From Podarcis vaucheri (taxonomy: Eukaryota), in NCBI GenBank assembly GCA_965113315.1, contig OZ220366.1: a stretch of DNA of 64,000 nt, one strand, 5' to 3'. Of the stretch, positions 24,574 to 34,896 are shown one piece after another; position 1 is the first letter of the stretch, and every line of letters begins with the position of its first letter. The translations under genes were made by a program, and so were the position numbers. Under the pieces are notes generated by a model. It saw nothing but the letters and a program-made list of their open reading frames with translations. It was not told the DNA's origin and did no database searches.

Positions 24574-27253
24574 TCTGCATATTATAGCACTAAAACTATT
24601 GGATGTGATTTAGAATAAGAGTGCAATCTATGCAAAGAGCTGATAACGCACAACCCTCAAACACCCAGGGGAGCAGTTCCTTGGCAAAGCTAATGACAAC
24701 AGCAAAGTTTTTACTCTGTTCCCCTAGAATTGGTAGCTAGTAGACACAACCCTGAACTCTTGCCACATGAGCCCATGCTCATTCCCTTGCCCCTCTGTTC
24801 AATAATTGGAACTATATTCCTGAGTTCATATTAGCTGGGGTCATTTCTTTTCCTTATGGATCTCACCACTTTGTTTTCTCTCCGAAGATTCCGGGTGCAG
24901 GAGGACCAGAGCATAGTATATTATCTTTATTCCTCATATTTCAAGCGCATGATGATATTAGTGCAGGGAGAAGGGATTTCAGAATGCAAAGCCAACAGGA
25001 GTGTGTGTATTTTTCGCCTCTTAGCTCTCATGAGCTGAGAGTGTTCTTATCCCGGAATATCCTTTCAGCAGAATCCATTCCCCAGCTCTCCAGACTTGTT
25101 AACTTGCATGTAAGGTTTATCCACATGGAGTAATAGGATTTACCGAGTAATTCATCTGCCTTGCGTTCGTGGTGGAAAGCTTTAGCTGAACCACAAACAC
25201 CTAACAGTGGTGCTCTCTCTGACTTGGGAGTCTTTTCTCTATCTTCGTGCCTTGTCGGGATTCATGCCTCTTTTAACCCCTTTCCAGGAGGGCTTCCCCC
25301 TATGCTTAGTTCCCTTCCATTTTAAAATGTGTGGTACAATAATTTGTCTTGGCCTCCCCCTTTCCCACGTAGCACAAGAGGGAGTGTGCTCAGCTCCTCT
25401 GTGTACATATGGCAGCAGCGAAGTCATTAAGCTCACTTACCCAGCTAGGGGTCATTGGATTTCTATTTCCCACTTAACCTTGCAGCCCTGGAGTTTATCT
25501 AGAGATACTTGGTGCTCAAAATGCATTTACTGGGAAGATGTGTGTTAGCCTGCATGGATGTGACATGAAATGTGCATGTACCAATTTCATCCTCTTGTGT
25601 AAGGGGGGGGGGGTAGGCTGGAATGTGTTTGCATGCTTTTGTTCTATTAAGTATATTGGCATCCAGGATAGAGATTCATAATTCAGAAGAAGGTCATATT
25701 TCCATTGCACCAAGTCCTGTTGGGCTAGAGTGTGTAAACTTTGAAGACTGACAATTTTAATAAGATAACCAACTGAACTTTCCTGCTGTAGAAACCAGAG
25801 CTTCAGTGCAATGAACACAAAAATGTCTGCATCCTTTGTAAATTTGCTACAGGCAAGGCTCCAATTCAGGCTTTACCTAACATCGTTGGGAGTTTTGTGC
25901 ATGCTGCACATAAATGTGTTCACTTGAGGCAATTACTTCAAGGATGTGCTCTAGGAGCACTACAAATACTACTAGGAACTGTAGACTGCACAAATCTATT
26001 GCTTAACTGCAAAGCTAACAGAGATAACTCTAGTGCTGGTGTAGTTAGTACTCTTTACCCCTCTCAATGTTTATTTGGGAAGAAATTAGTGTGCAGGACC
26101 AGGGACTGGGGTCACACCCTCTGGTCTTGCCCCACCCTCCTTGTATTTAAGGCTCCTGGTGGAATAGTGCCTATTTGTATAAAACCCATTCATGTGAATC
26201 ATTCCCTGGATATGTGGAAGGTGTTGTTTGTGTGCAAAAGCCTATGCAAGTTCTAGTGCACAAAGTGAACACTTGAACCGTAGCAGCACTGTTGAAGGTA
26301 GAGCCACCCTTTCAACACTGACATTGCTGCTAGTTTCCTTGACAGGGCTGGGGTGTGGTTCAGTGGCAGTTAGGTTGGGGCTGCCATTGCCATGCATCCT
26401 TGACCTTGCTACTCCACCACCTCAGTCTCCTACAGGTAAGCAGCATAAACACCAGTATCAGGGGGATGACTCTGCTGCTTTGCCTCATGCCACTTACTAC
26501 TACAACCCTTACACTTGTGGAGGTTGAAAGCAAGGTTCATTTTTACCTGAATGAATGTTTGTACAGAGCTGATTCAGCATCACAGTAGAAAATGGGCTTT
26601 TCTTTTCTAGAGACATGTTCTGAACTGCTGGACATGTGCTTAAAACATCCAACTGGAAATGTGTGCAGCTTCTATGTGGGAGATACCTTAGCCAACAGCC
26701 TGCATTTAAGCCAGGCTCCTGGGAAAAAACCAGTGTGCCTCTTAGTCTGAGGTTCATCAAGGAGCCTGTCTTCACACTTTTTTTTAGTGCAGGTGGGGTG
26801 GAAGAACAACCATTTCCTTGTGACATTGCCCTACGATCCGTCTTACTAAGAACTAGAGATGAGGTGCAGAACTAAGAACCAGGATGAGGCATAGGCATAG
26901 GGAGTTTCCTTCAGCACACACCCCAAAGGAAATCTACCAAAAACCCTTATGTCAAGAAAGTCCCAGGAGCCAATCCTGCGTCTTCAGGGGGATCACACTA
27001 CTTATTTCCCCACATTCAAAAAACTCAGTGTCTGAACCTGAAGCAGAACCAAAGTCCCTGCCAGAATCGGTACCTACAAAATTGGGTAGGGAACCTTTGG
27101 GACGTAGAAAAGCTTTTCTAGCAGTGGGGTTTCAGGTGAAGCTACCTATTCTCAGTAGGCTGCAGACATTTAAGGGTTCAGACAATCCCCAAGCAGTGAA
27201 AGATCCTCTCCACATGAGCAATTGGACTCATCCCCCATGCAGGAGCTTTATGC

Positions 27254-27317
27254 ATGTACATCTGATGCATGGATGTGTACATCTGATGCATGGATGTGTG
27301 CATCTGATGTATGGATG
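27254..27317. repeat. 21-bp minisatellite, ~3 copies
   Basis: Unit TGTACATCTGATGCATGGATG is repeated with 1-2 changes. Confidence 0.9.
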
Positions 27318-27629
27318 AAAATGTGTGGATGATGGAGGGAATGTCAACAAAGGATGCATTAGCAGTAGATACGGAGTTAGCCCACACTCTCTTGAAGCAC
27401 TGCTCTCCCCCACTACATTATTTTAAAATTTGGTGGTTAGTCTTAATCTCTTTATATAAAGCCTCAGAGTGGTCCAGACTGGCCACCAACAATCCATCAA
27501 TCAAAATAATGCAGCTTTTAAAACAAACAAAAACCACACGGGAAACCAACTCTCCACATAAACACAACTTCCTTAAAATGCCTGCTGAAATAGAAAATTA
27601 TTTGTCTAGTGCCTGAAGTTAAATTGGGA

Positions 27630-27965
27630 GAACATAAGAATAGTCTTACTGGATAGTCCAGTGGCCCATCTAGTCTTGGCTCCAGTTCTCACAGTGGCCA
27701 GCCCAGATGCCCATTGGAACCCTGTAAGCAGAATCCAAGTGTAACAGCATTCTTCTCTCCTGTGGTTTCCAGCAACTGGTGTTCAGAAGCATATGGCCTC
27801 CAGCCATGGAGGCAGAGGATATCCATAGTGGCTAGTAGCCATTGATAGCCTTCTCCTCCATGAATTTGCCTGATCCAATTTTAAAGACATCCAGCTTGGT
27901 GGCCATCACTGCCTCTTGTGGTAGCAAAAGTCCATGGTTTAGCCATATGCTGTGTGAAGAAGTAG
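27630..27965 (-). mobile_element. Ancient CR1-type 3' end (TTCTTATGTTCT tail type)
   Basis: Minus-strand peptide LLPQEAVMATKLDVFKIGSGKFMEEKAINGY is a CR1 ORF2 C-terminus, followed by a 3' UTR ending in TTCTTATGTTCT. A related + strand remnant lies at ~14325-14630. Confidence 0.75.
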
Positions 27966-27969
27966 TGTA

Positions 27970-28295
27970 CCTTCTTGGTGCCTGTCTGATCTCAGTTGGG
28001 AGGGCACTGTAGTACTGAACGCATGACTCCTGGTGGATACTGTCTGAGCATCTGAGACATGAAGGACCAATAACAGCTAATTCTCTGAAGGTGTCAGTGA
28101 TTGGGCAAGGATATACAGAATCATCCTTAAGGAGTTGTGGACCCAAGTGGCTAAGGATCTTGCATATTAATACAAGAATCTTGAAACTGGCCCTGTAACG
28201 TATGGACAGCCAAGGCAAACTTTTAAACACTAGTATTATGGGCTGGCAGCAATATGCCATGTGAACAGGGCATTTATAACACCATGCCTGCGCAG
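27970..28295 (-). mobile_element. L2 LINE fragment
   Basis: LPWLSIRYRASFKILVLICKILSHLGPQLLKD matches the L2 LHWLP..RI.FK motif. Confidence 0.75.
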
Positions 28296-28529
28296 CTTTG
28301 AATCGTTTACATAAAATGAATCTCACGTTGCAAAAAATAAAAGAAAAAGGGATCCAATGCCTGTGTTGTGGTTGTTCAGAAGTGTTGTGTCAGAAGATCC
28401 TTTCTGCCTTTGCTTATGACCTCCTCTACCTGCAGTACTGTAACAGAAAGAATCTCCCATTGCTATACAATAATAAACAAACACTGTTAGTGGATGAACT
28501 AGTGTAGTAATAGCGCAATGCACAGCTAG

Positions 28530-28531
28530 GA

Positions 28532-28566
<35 letters not shown>
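28530..28566. repeat. (GAAA)n microsatellite
   Basis: Direct reading. Confidence 0.95.
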
Positions 28567-29578
28567 CAAACTTACTTTATGCTTCCTTTATACCCATGTA
28601 TAAGGTACCCAGCTTGCCAGTGCATTTGCATTGCTTAAAGTGGCTTGCAGTAATTGAAATCAGAATAGTAAAGTAACAGCAACAATCAAAACATAGTGAA
28701 GAAAGGCATAGAAGAGAAAGGAAAGAAGCAACAGAACTATATGAAACCTTTTGCTAGTATTGAAATAAAGTCAGCACCCTAAATAAAGTCTGTGCACACT
28801 CTATAGAGGCAATATGCATAAGCATTAACATGCCTGCACATGCATGTATATTCATGCTGCTTCAACATCCAGAAATACGCTTTTTTAATTAAAGACCATT
28901 TAACTAATTCAGTTTTTTCAGCACTGAGTATAAGATAGCACCCAAGACTCAAATGCCCTTCTAATTCAGATTGCATATCATTAAGTGCGACAAGATTAGT
29001 TTTAGAATTAATTCTCAGCTGGATCTGCATGATCAGAAGACTTCTGAAAATAAAATGAGACTCTATTCTCACTGCCCATTTCCCTACCTCTGGAAAGCTG
29101 ACACCTAGTTCAGCAACACATCAGCTCAGACTGGGAGCTGTAGGCTCAACCCCTTCCTGGCTCATAGTCAGGTCCAGATTCAAGCAGGTGCTTCTATGCA
29201 CTTCCCCTTCCTCCTAAGTAGCCTCATGTGCAACTAGGTATGTTGGCAGTTCTGAAGCTCCTCGCTGGCCTGCCATCTCCTCTGCTTCTGTGACCTTGTG
29301 GGAGATGAGATTAGATGAGGAGGCTCTAAAGAGCTAGCCAGAAATTCAAGCAGCCAGTGTGAAGTCTTCGGGCTCCACTGGCTCTGCTGGCAGTGTGGAT
29401 AATCCTGCTGCTTTTGTTCTTCCTCAGAAGAGTCTTCAGGTTCAAGGTCTGGGTAGGGGTAGGACCATTGGGAGGCAGTGTTGTACACTCAGCCTCCCAA
29501 AATTGAGCATCACTGTCAGTTACTGAAACGGAGAGGAGTGAGACATGGGGAGCTTGATGTGATACAGACTTGGCAGTA

Positions 29579-29823
29579 CAGTTGTACCTTGGAAGTCAAA
29601 CAGAATCCATTCCAGAAATCCGTTTGACTTCCAAAACATTGGGAAACCAAAGCACAGCTTCTGATTGGCTGCAGGAAGCTCCTGCAGCCAATCAGAAGTC
29701 ATGGAAACCCTGTTGGATGTTTGGCTTCCAAAAATAGTTCACAAACTGGAACAGTCACTTCCAGGTTTGCTATGTTTGGAAGCCAAACTGGCAAGGCGTT
29801 CGACTTCCAAGGTATGACTACTG
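29579..29823. mobile_element. Related Tc1/mariner(pogo)-type MITE, older family
   Basis: TIR CAGTTGTACCTTGGAAGTCAAAC/GTTCGACTTCCAAGGTATGACT, 5' TA, and central palindrome TTCTGATTGGCTGCAGGAAGCTCCTGCAGCCAATCAGAA. Confidence 0.78.
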
Positions 29824-30439
29824 AATTTAGACAGAATGTAAGTGTACCTCAATTTCAGCCTTTAAGCTTCTCAATCATAAAAAAGGGCCTTTAGACATTT
29901 GTTTAATGCTATTTACTATTATGTAATAATATGAGGACTTGAACTTGTATTTTAAACTTTAAAGCATGGGTTCATGACCACCTTTTAGTATTGCATATGA
30001 TACAAGGGTGGGTAGTATACACATCTCTGATTTTGCCTGTCCACCCTAGATTCTTATGCCAAAAGATTAATATTATTCGGTACAAAGGTTGCATTAATCT
30101 AGTCTCATTAATTTTCAGTAATTGAACTGGAGTTTATGTTCCATTTTTGAATTTTGCATACCAGGTTCACAAAGGCTCTCTCCACATTTGTCATAATATT
30201 GAAGTTCATAAATATGCAATCAGTATTATGTGACCTTATGCAAATTGACCTAAAATGAATGGCACATCAGATTCACAAATAAAGCTCAACTTTTGTGTGT
30301 TTTTGTGTGTGGCAAATAGTGACATTTGAACCTAGACTAGGTGTTTTATTAGAGACTATTAATTTTACATTTGCTGATCAAATTTTAATTCTGGAGTTTG
30401 CCCGGTAGATTTATGATTCTGTGAATGTGCAGACTTCAA

Positions 30440-30900
30440 AATTTTATTTATTTATTGCATATATATCCAACCCTTCCTCCCAAACAAACCCAGGGCGACA
30501 AATAATAAAACAATTAAAACATCTTTAAAACAACATAAAAGCAATCCCAATACAGACTGGGAAAGATCTCGGTTTAAAAGGTTCGTTGAAAGAGGAAGGT
30601 TTTCAGTAGGTGCTGAAAATACAACAGGAATGGTGCCTTTCTAATACTCAAGGGAGTGGAAGTCCAAAGGATAGGTGCCAGAACACTAAAGGCCCATTTC
30701 CTACATGGTGTAGAAAAGGCTTCCTGGTAAAATGGTATCTGTAGGAGGTCCTCACCTGCAGAGTGCAGTGATTGATTGGGTAAAGAAGAGGTGAGGCTGT
30801 CATTCAAGTATCCTGGTCCCAAGCTATATAGGGCTTTATACACCAAAACCAGCACTTTGAACTTAGTCTCGTAGCTAACTGGCAGCCAGTACATTGTTTT
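30440..30900 (-). mobile_element. L2 LINE 3' fragment
   Basis: YWLPVSYETKFKVLVLVYKALYSLGPGYL...AFSVLAPILW...LLKTFLF is the L2 ORF2 C-terminal signature, followed by a 3' UTR with an AATAAAT tail. Confidence 0.88.
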
Positions 30901-31344
30901 TCAACAGTGAGGTAATGTGTTGGCGATATCTTGTCATGGTATGTGATTTATGCATGGTGTTTCCTTTCATAAAGGGATGGCAACTTCATATAAAATGTTT
31001 TGTTCTCAGGTAGAGATATATATGCCACTATTACTTCCACCATAGACACATAGACACATTATTCATAACTGAAGTTAACTTTGTGAACTAAAAAAGTATT
31101 ATATTATGACTTTTTTATTTTATACACCACTTAGTGCAATTTACAAAGTATAAAAAAAATCAGTAACACAAGCATTAAGATATAAACCATAAATATAAAA
31201 TATAATGGTAATACTAATCTTTATAGTTCACATTTCTGTTACCGTAATAGAAGTAGTCTGTGAATTGGGAAGTTGCTGCCTTGAAGAAGGCTGTTTGCCC
31301 AACTAATTTGTACTCAGAAAGGCAAAAATATTTACACTGTGCAC

Positions 31345-31705
31345 TAGCCTTCACAAACCTGGTGTCCTTCAGGTGTTGTTGGACTACAGCTCCCATCACC
31401 CCCTGCCAGGGGCGGAGCTTAATGCTCCGGCACCGGGGGCGGAGAGCAGGCGGGGTGGGGCTGGTGTGCATCTTGGGGGTGGGGCGCGCTGCTCGCAGGG
31501 GCATGGGGCGCGTCCTGGGGGTGGGCCACCCAGCGTGGGTGGGGGGGCAGCCGCAATGGCACCCTGGGGATCACGCTGTCAGGGGCGGTGCGCTCCCCCT
31601 GCACTCCTCTTCCTCCGCCAGTGCCCCCTGCCAGCACATGCAAGCTGGGTCTGATGGAAGTTGTAGCCCAACAAAACCTGAAAGGCACCAGGTTTGTGAA
31701 AGCTG
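31345..31705. mobile_element. Palindromic hAT MITE, host of a nested insertion
   Basis: Arms TTCACAAACCTGGTG...TTCAGGTGTTGTTGGACTACAGCTCCCATCA and TGATGGAAGTTGTAGCCCAACAAAACCTGAAAGGCACCAGGTTTGTGAA. Confidence 0.82.
31407..31623. mobile_element. GC-rich non-autonomous hAT-type element nested in a MITE
   Basis: Termini CAGGGGCGGAG/CTCCGCCAGTG. Perfect 8-bp TSD CCCCCTGC (31399-31406 and 31624-31631). Confidence 0.82.
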
Positions 31706-32740
31706 CTCTATACACCCTGCTCTAGAACTGACAGCCTGCGTTTTTCAGGCATCTCATGAAAATGTGCAGAAAGCCACTGCTGAATCTTCTAGGAGTCCTT
31801 TATGGAGCTCTAATCAAAATGAAACCTCAAGTGGCACTGGGCATATTGAGCAGAACTGAGCAGATGGCCATTGCAAATAGCCTCTAGGCCAATGTTTTTT
31901 TCTGCTAGTGTATTTAAACAAAACAGTCCTAAGAATGAAGAACAACTAACTGTACTGATAAAAGTGATGCTAGCTGAACCAATGGCATTTGAAGTCAAAG
32001 CTGAACTTGATGCTCATATTCTCAGGAGTACAAATGCAAAGATATCAAAGGCAATTTATACACACATTTGATTCACAAATATGAAAATTTATATTCTTTT
32101 AAGCCCTAATCACAGTCACGCTGAGAGAAATGTGGGACGTATGTACCACTAGGCACTTGTTTCCTGTATGTGGGTACAGATGAAGGGCGGGAGATGCTTT
32201 GGTATTAAGTCAATCTGTGCTAATACACAATCTTTTCATTGCAGTGGGATACAGGGAAATGCAATAATTTGATAAAAGCAACTGCTGATACTGAATTTCA
32301 AGTCCCTGGGTTGAGTTGAGTAAAAAGCTAAGAGAGAGAGAGAGAGAAGAGATGCAAGCAATTGTATTTAACAGTAATGTGTCTGTCTAATCTGGATTAT
32401 ATGTAAAAAAATGAATATAACCCAGAGAGGCTATAATCAGAGACTCACACTGATATGTGATATATAAAATATTACTGATGCACAGGGACCAATACAGAGC
32501 CTTTGCTTTGTGCAGTAATGGACAGTATCATGAAGAGTTGTAACTGGCTCAACTTCACAGTGTTTTGAAAATGAATGGCCAGGGGTCCTTATATAAGGGC
32601 TTTTCTGGGGACAGAAAGCTTTTGTGCAGTGTCTAGTGGATCCTGACCTGCATGTAAAACCAACCCTTTACAGCTGTTTGCTTGACCCCAACATTAACCC
32701 TGTTTGCTTGTTTCTGTTCTCTTACTGCTGCTTCTTGACT

Positions 32741-33271
32741 TAGAATCATAGAATCATAGAGTTGGGATAGACCACAAGAGCCATCGAGTCCAACCCCCTG
32801 CCAAGCAGGAAACACCATCAGAGCACTCCTTCAAGCCTCTGCTTAAAGACCTCCAAAGAAGGAGACTCCATCACACTCCTTGGCAGCAAATTCCACTGTC
32901 AAACAGGTCTTACTGTCAGGAAGTTCTTCCTAATGTTTAGGTGGAATCTTCTTTCTTGTAGTTTGGATCCATTGCTCCGTGTCCGCTTCTCTGGAGCAGC
33001 AGAAAACAACCTTTCTCCCTCCTCTATGTGACATCCTTTTATATATTTGAACATGGCTATCATATCACCCCTTAACCTCCTCTTCTCCAGGCTAAACATG
33101 CCCAGCTCCCTTAGCCGTTCCTCATAAGGCATCATTTCCAGACCTTTGACCATTTTGGTTGCCCTCCTCTGGACATGTTCCAGTTTGTCAGTGTCCTTCT
33201 TGAACTGTGGTGCCCAGAACTGGACACAGTACTCCAGGTGAGGTCTGACCAGAGCAGAATACAGTGGCACT
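32741..33271 (-). mobile_element. CR1 3' fragment, same young family as 53565-57439
   Basis: Near-identical reverse complement of ~56880-57420 ([25 protein letters not shown]...), with ATTCTATG tail and a small 3' UTR deletion. Confidence 0.95.
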
Positions 33272-33670
33272 TGTCTGATCTGACACTTTTTAAACCCATA
33301 ATAGCATAATAAAAGTCTGAAGCCCCATGTAACATTCTTCTTCCCATAGTGATCAGCTAGCTGCCTCTGGGAAGACCATAATCCTGATAGTGTTGTAACA
33401 GTCCTCCCCTGCATTTGGTGTTCAGTGCCTCTGAACTTGGACATTTCACAACTCTTTATGAACCTGGCCTTCCAAACCAACATGCATTCATACTGAAAAG
33501 TCTGAATCTGTGTGCCATTTTCTTCTGTACGTGGGCACAGAGAAAAGGGGGATGCTTTGGTTTTCACTCTGTCATCCTTAACAAGCTACAGTTCTGTTCT
33601 AGTGTGATGCAGGAAAATGGTTAAAAGCAAAGTCCCATGTTCTTCTAAATTTTTGTTCTTCTAACTTCTA

Positions 33671-33792
33671 TAGCTCAGTTGGTAGAGCACGAGACTCTTA
33701 TTGTCAGAGTTGTATGTTTGAGCCCCAAGTTGGGCCAAAAGATTTCTGCATTGATCCTCATGGTCTCTTCCAACTCCACAATTCTATGATTC
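33671..33792 (+). mobile_element. tRNA-Lys-derived SINE with CR1-like tail
   Basis: TAGCTCAGTTGGTAGAGCACGAGACTCTTA...TTGAGCCCCAAGTTGGGC, then TTCCAACTCCACAATTCTATGATTC. Confidence 0.83.
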
Positions 33793-34828
33793 TTGGCCTT
33801 GCCATCTTGGAATTTGGCTCAGCTTCTGGGTTTGTGGCCACCTGCTGGCATTGCCTGGAATCTGGATCACTGTAGCATCCTGCCCCTAAGTGTGTCTAAA
33901 GAGTGATGGTCTTCTTTTTCCTACGTCTTTTACTCCTGTCTACCACACCAGGTAAATGCCAACCACATCAGTTACTGAAAACAAATTGTGCTAAATACTC
34001 ATTCCTCTTACAATTAGTGGTAGCGCAGGGATTGAAAAAGCATTTATCTAGCAGCATATAGCGGATCACATTAACTTTCTTCGATCACGCACTGTGTACA
34101 CTGCTGAATTATTAGAGAGGGAGGGCATTTTGTTTGTAGTGGATTAGAGCACACATCCAATGTTTCTGTCAGCTACAAAAGAAAAGATCTGAGGAACGCT
34201 AAACATACTTGGACTGAAGACGAAGCAGGGTACAGTGGCAGGTTATTGCAAGGATAAAATGGGAACAATCCATATGTTAGCATACCTCATTTTGCTGCTT
34301 GGAGGAACGGCATCATATGCATGCAATGAATAAATAAATGAAACAAGGCAAGGAGGTGTCTTCTGTGCCAGCAATGTGGCAAGCTGCAACACAGCAATCC
34401 TATCCTTGGAGTATCCAGTAGCTCAAGTCTCCATTTGTGCCTCTTCTTTTTTGTCTGCCAGGAGCAAGAGTGAGGCTCTTATGGTGCAATTGCAGTTGGT
34501 GGGGTGGGGGCTGGCTGTGCTTCCCAATGGCTGGAGTGACTGCCAGTTATCAAGAGGGAGAGGAGAGGGGTGAGGAGATATGGGTGCAGCAATGGATGTC
34601 AGGTAAGCAATGAAAACCTCCCCACCCCACTGATGACTACTTACCTATATATGAAGCCTCTGGAAGTTTAGCAGCCTCTTGAGAAAGCAGAGCCCCAAGA
34701 AGCAGCAAACTGACCTTCTTCCTCAGTCTCATCATTTGCCATTTAGCATCATTGGTTTGTGGCAGTTGCTAAGGCTTTGCCAATTGCCTGCTATCACAGA
34801 TTAGCCAGAAGTTATGGGGAGGGAGGAT

Positions 34829-34896
34829 CATAGAATCATAGAGTTGGAAGAGACCACAAGGGCCATCGAGTCCAACCCCCTGCCAAGCAGGAAACA
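34829..34896 (-). mobile_element. 68-bp extreme 3' end of the young CR1
   Basis: Matches the 3' terminus of the long copy. Flanked by the direct repeat AGGAT (34824-34828 and 34897-34901). Confidence 0.88.

Noticed and set aside
24176-24580. 134-aa minus-strand ORF
   Set aside because: It is mostly translated N gap.
24700-25330. Resemblance of the + strand translation to filovirus VP40 (LPL...Y...Y..HF...G.G.PEH...QA), plus KLVCR in ORF 25897-26256 recalling filovirus GP
   Set aside because: Compared by eye with sequences recalled from memory, the match needs a frameshift and gaps and is no better than chance. I saw no filovirus gene start/stop signals, and the region borders an assembly gap. 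Only a significant TBLASTN/HHpred hit would revive it.
27254-27317. CRISPR-like or spacer-containing array (also 22359-22530 and 58395-58870)
   Set aside because: This is eukaryotic DNA. The repeats are tandem or degenerate, without identical repeats and unique spacers, and there are no cas genes.
25897-27318. Chain of 77-144-aa ORFs as a possible gene or retrocopy
   Set aside because: No recognisable domain, no consistent frame or splice structure, and lengths within random expectation for 64 kb.
31260-31859. 199-aa ORF and overlapping ORFs
   Set aside because: They are open only because of the GC-rich nested transposon, and they cross TE boundaries.
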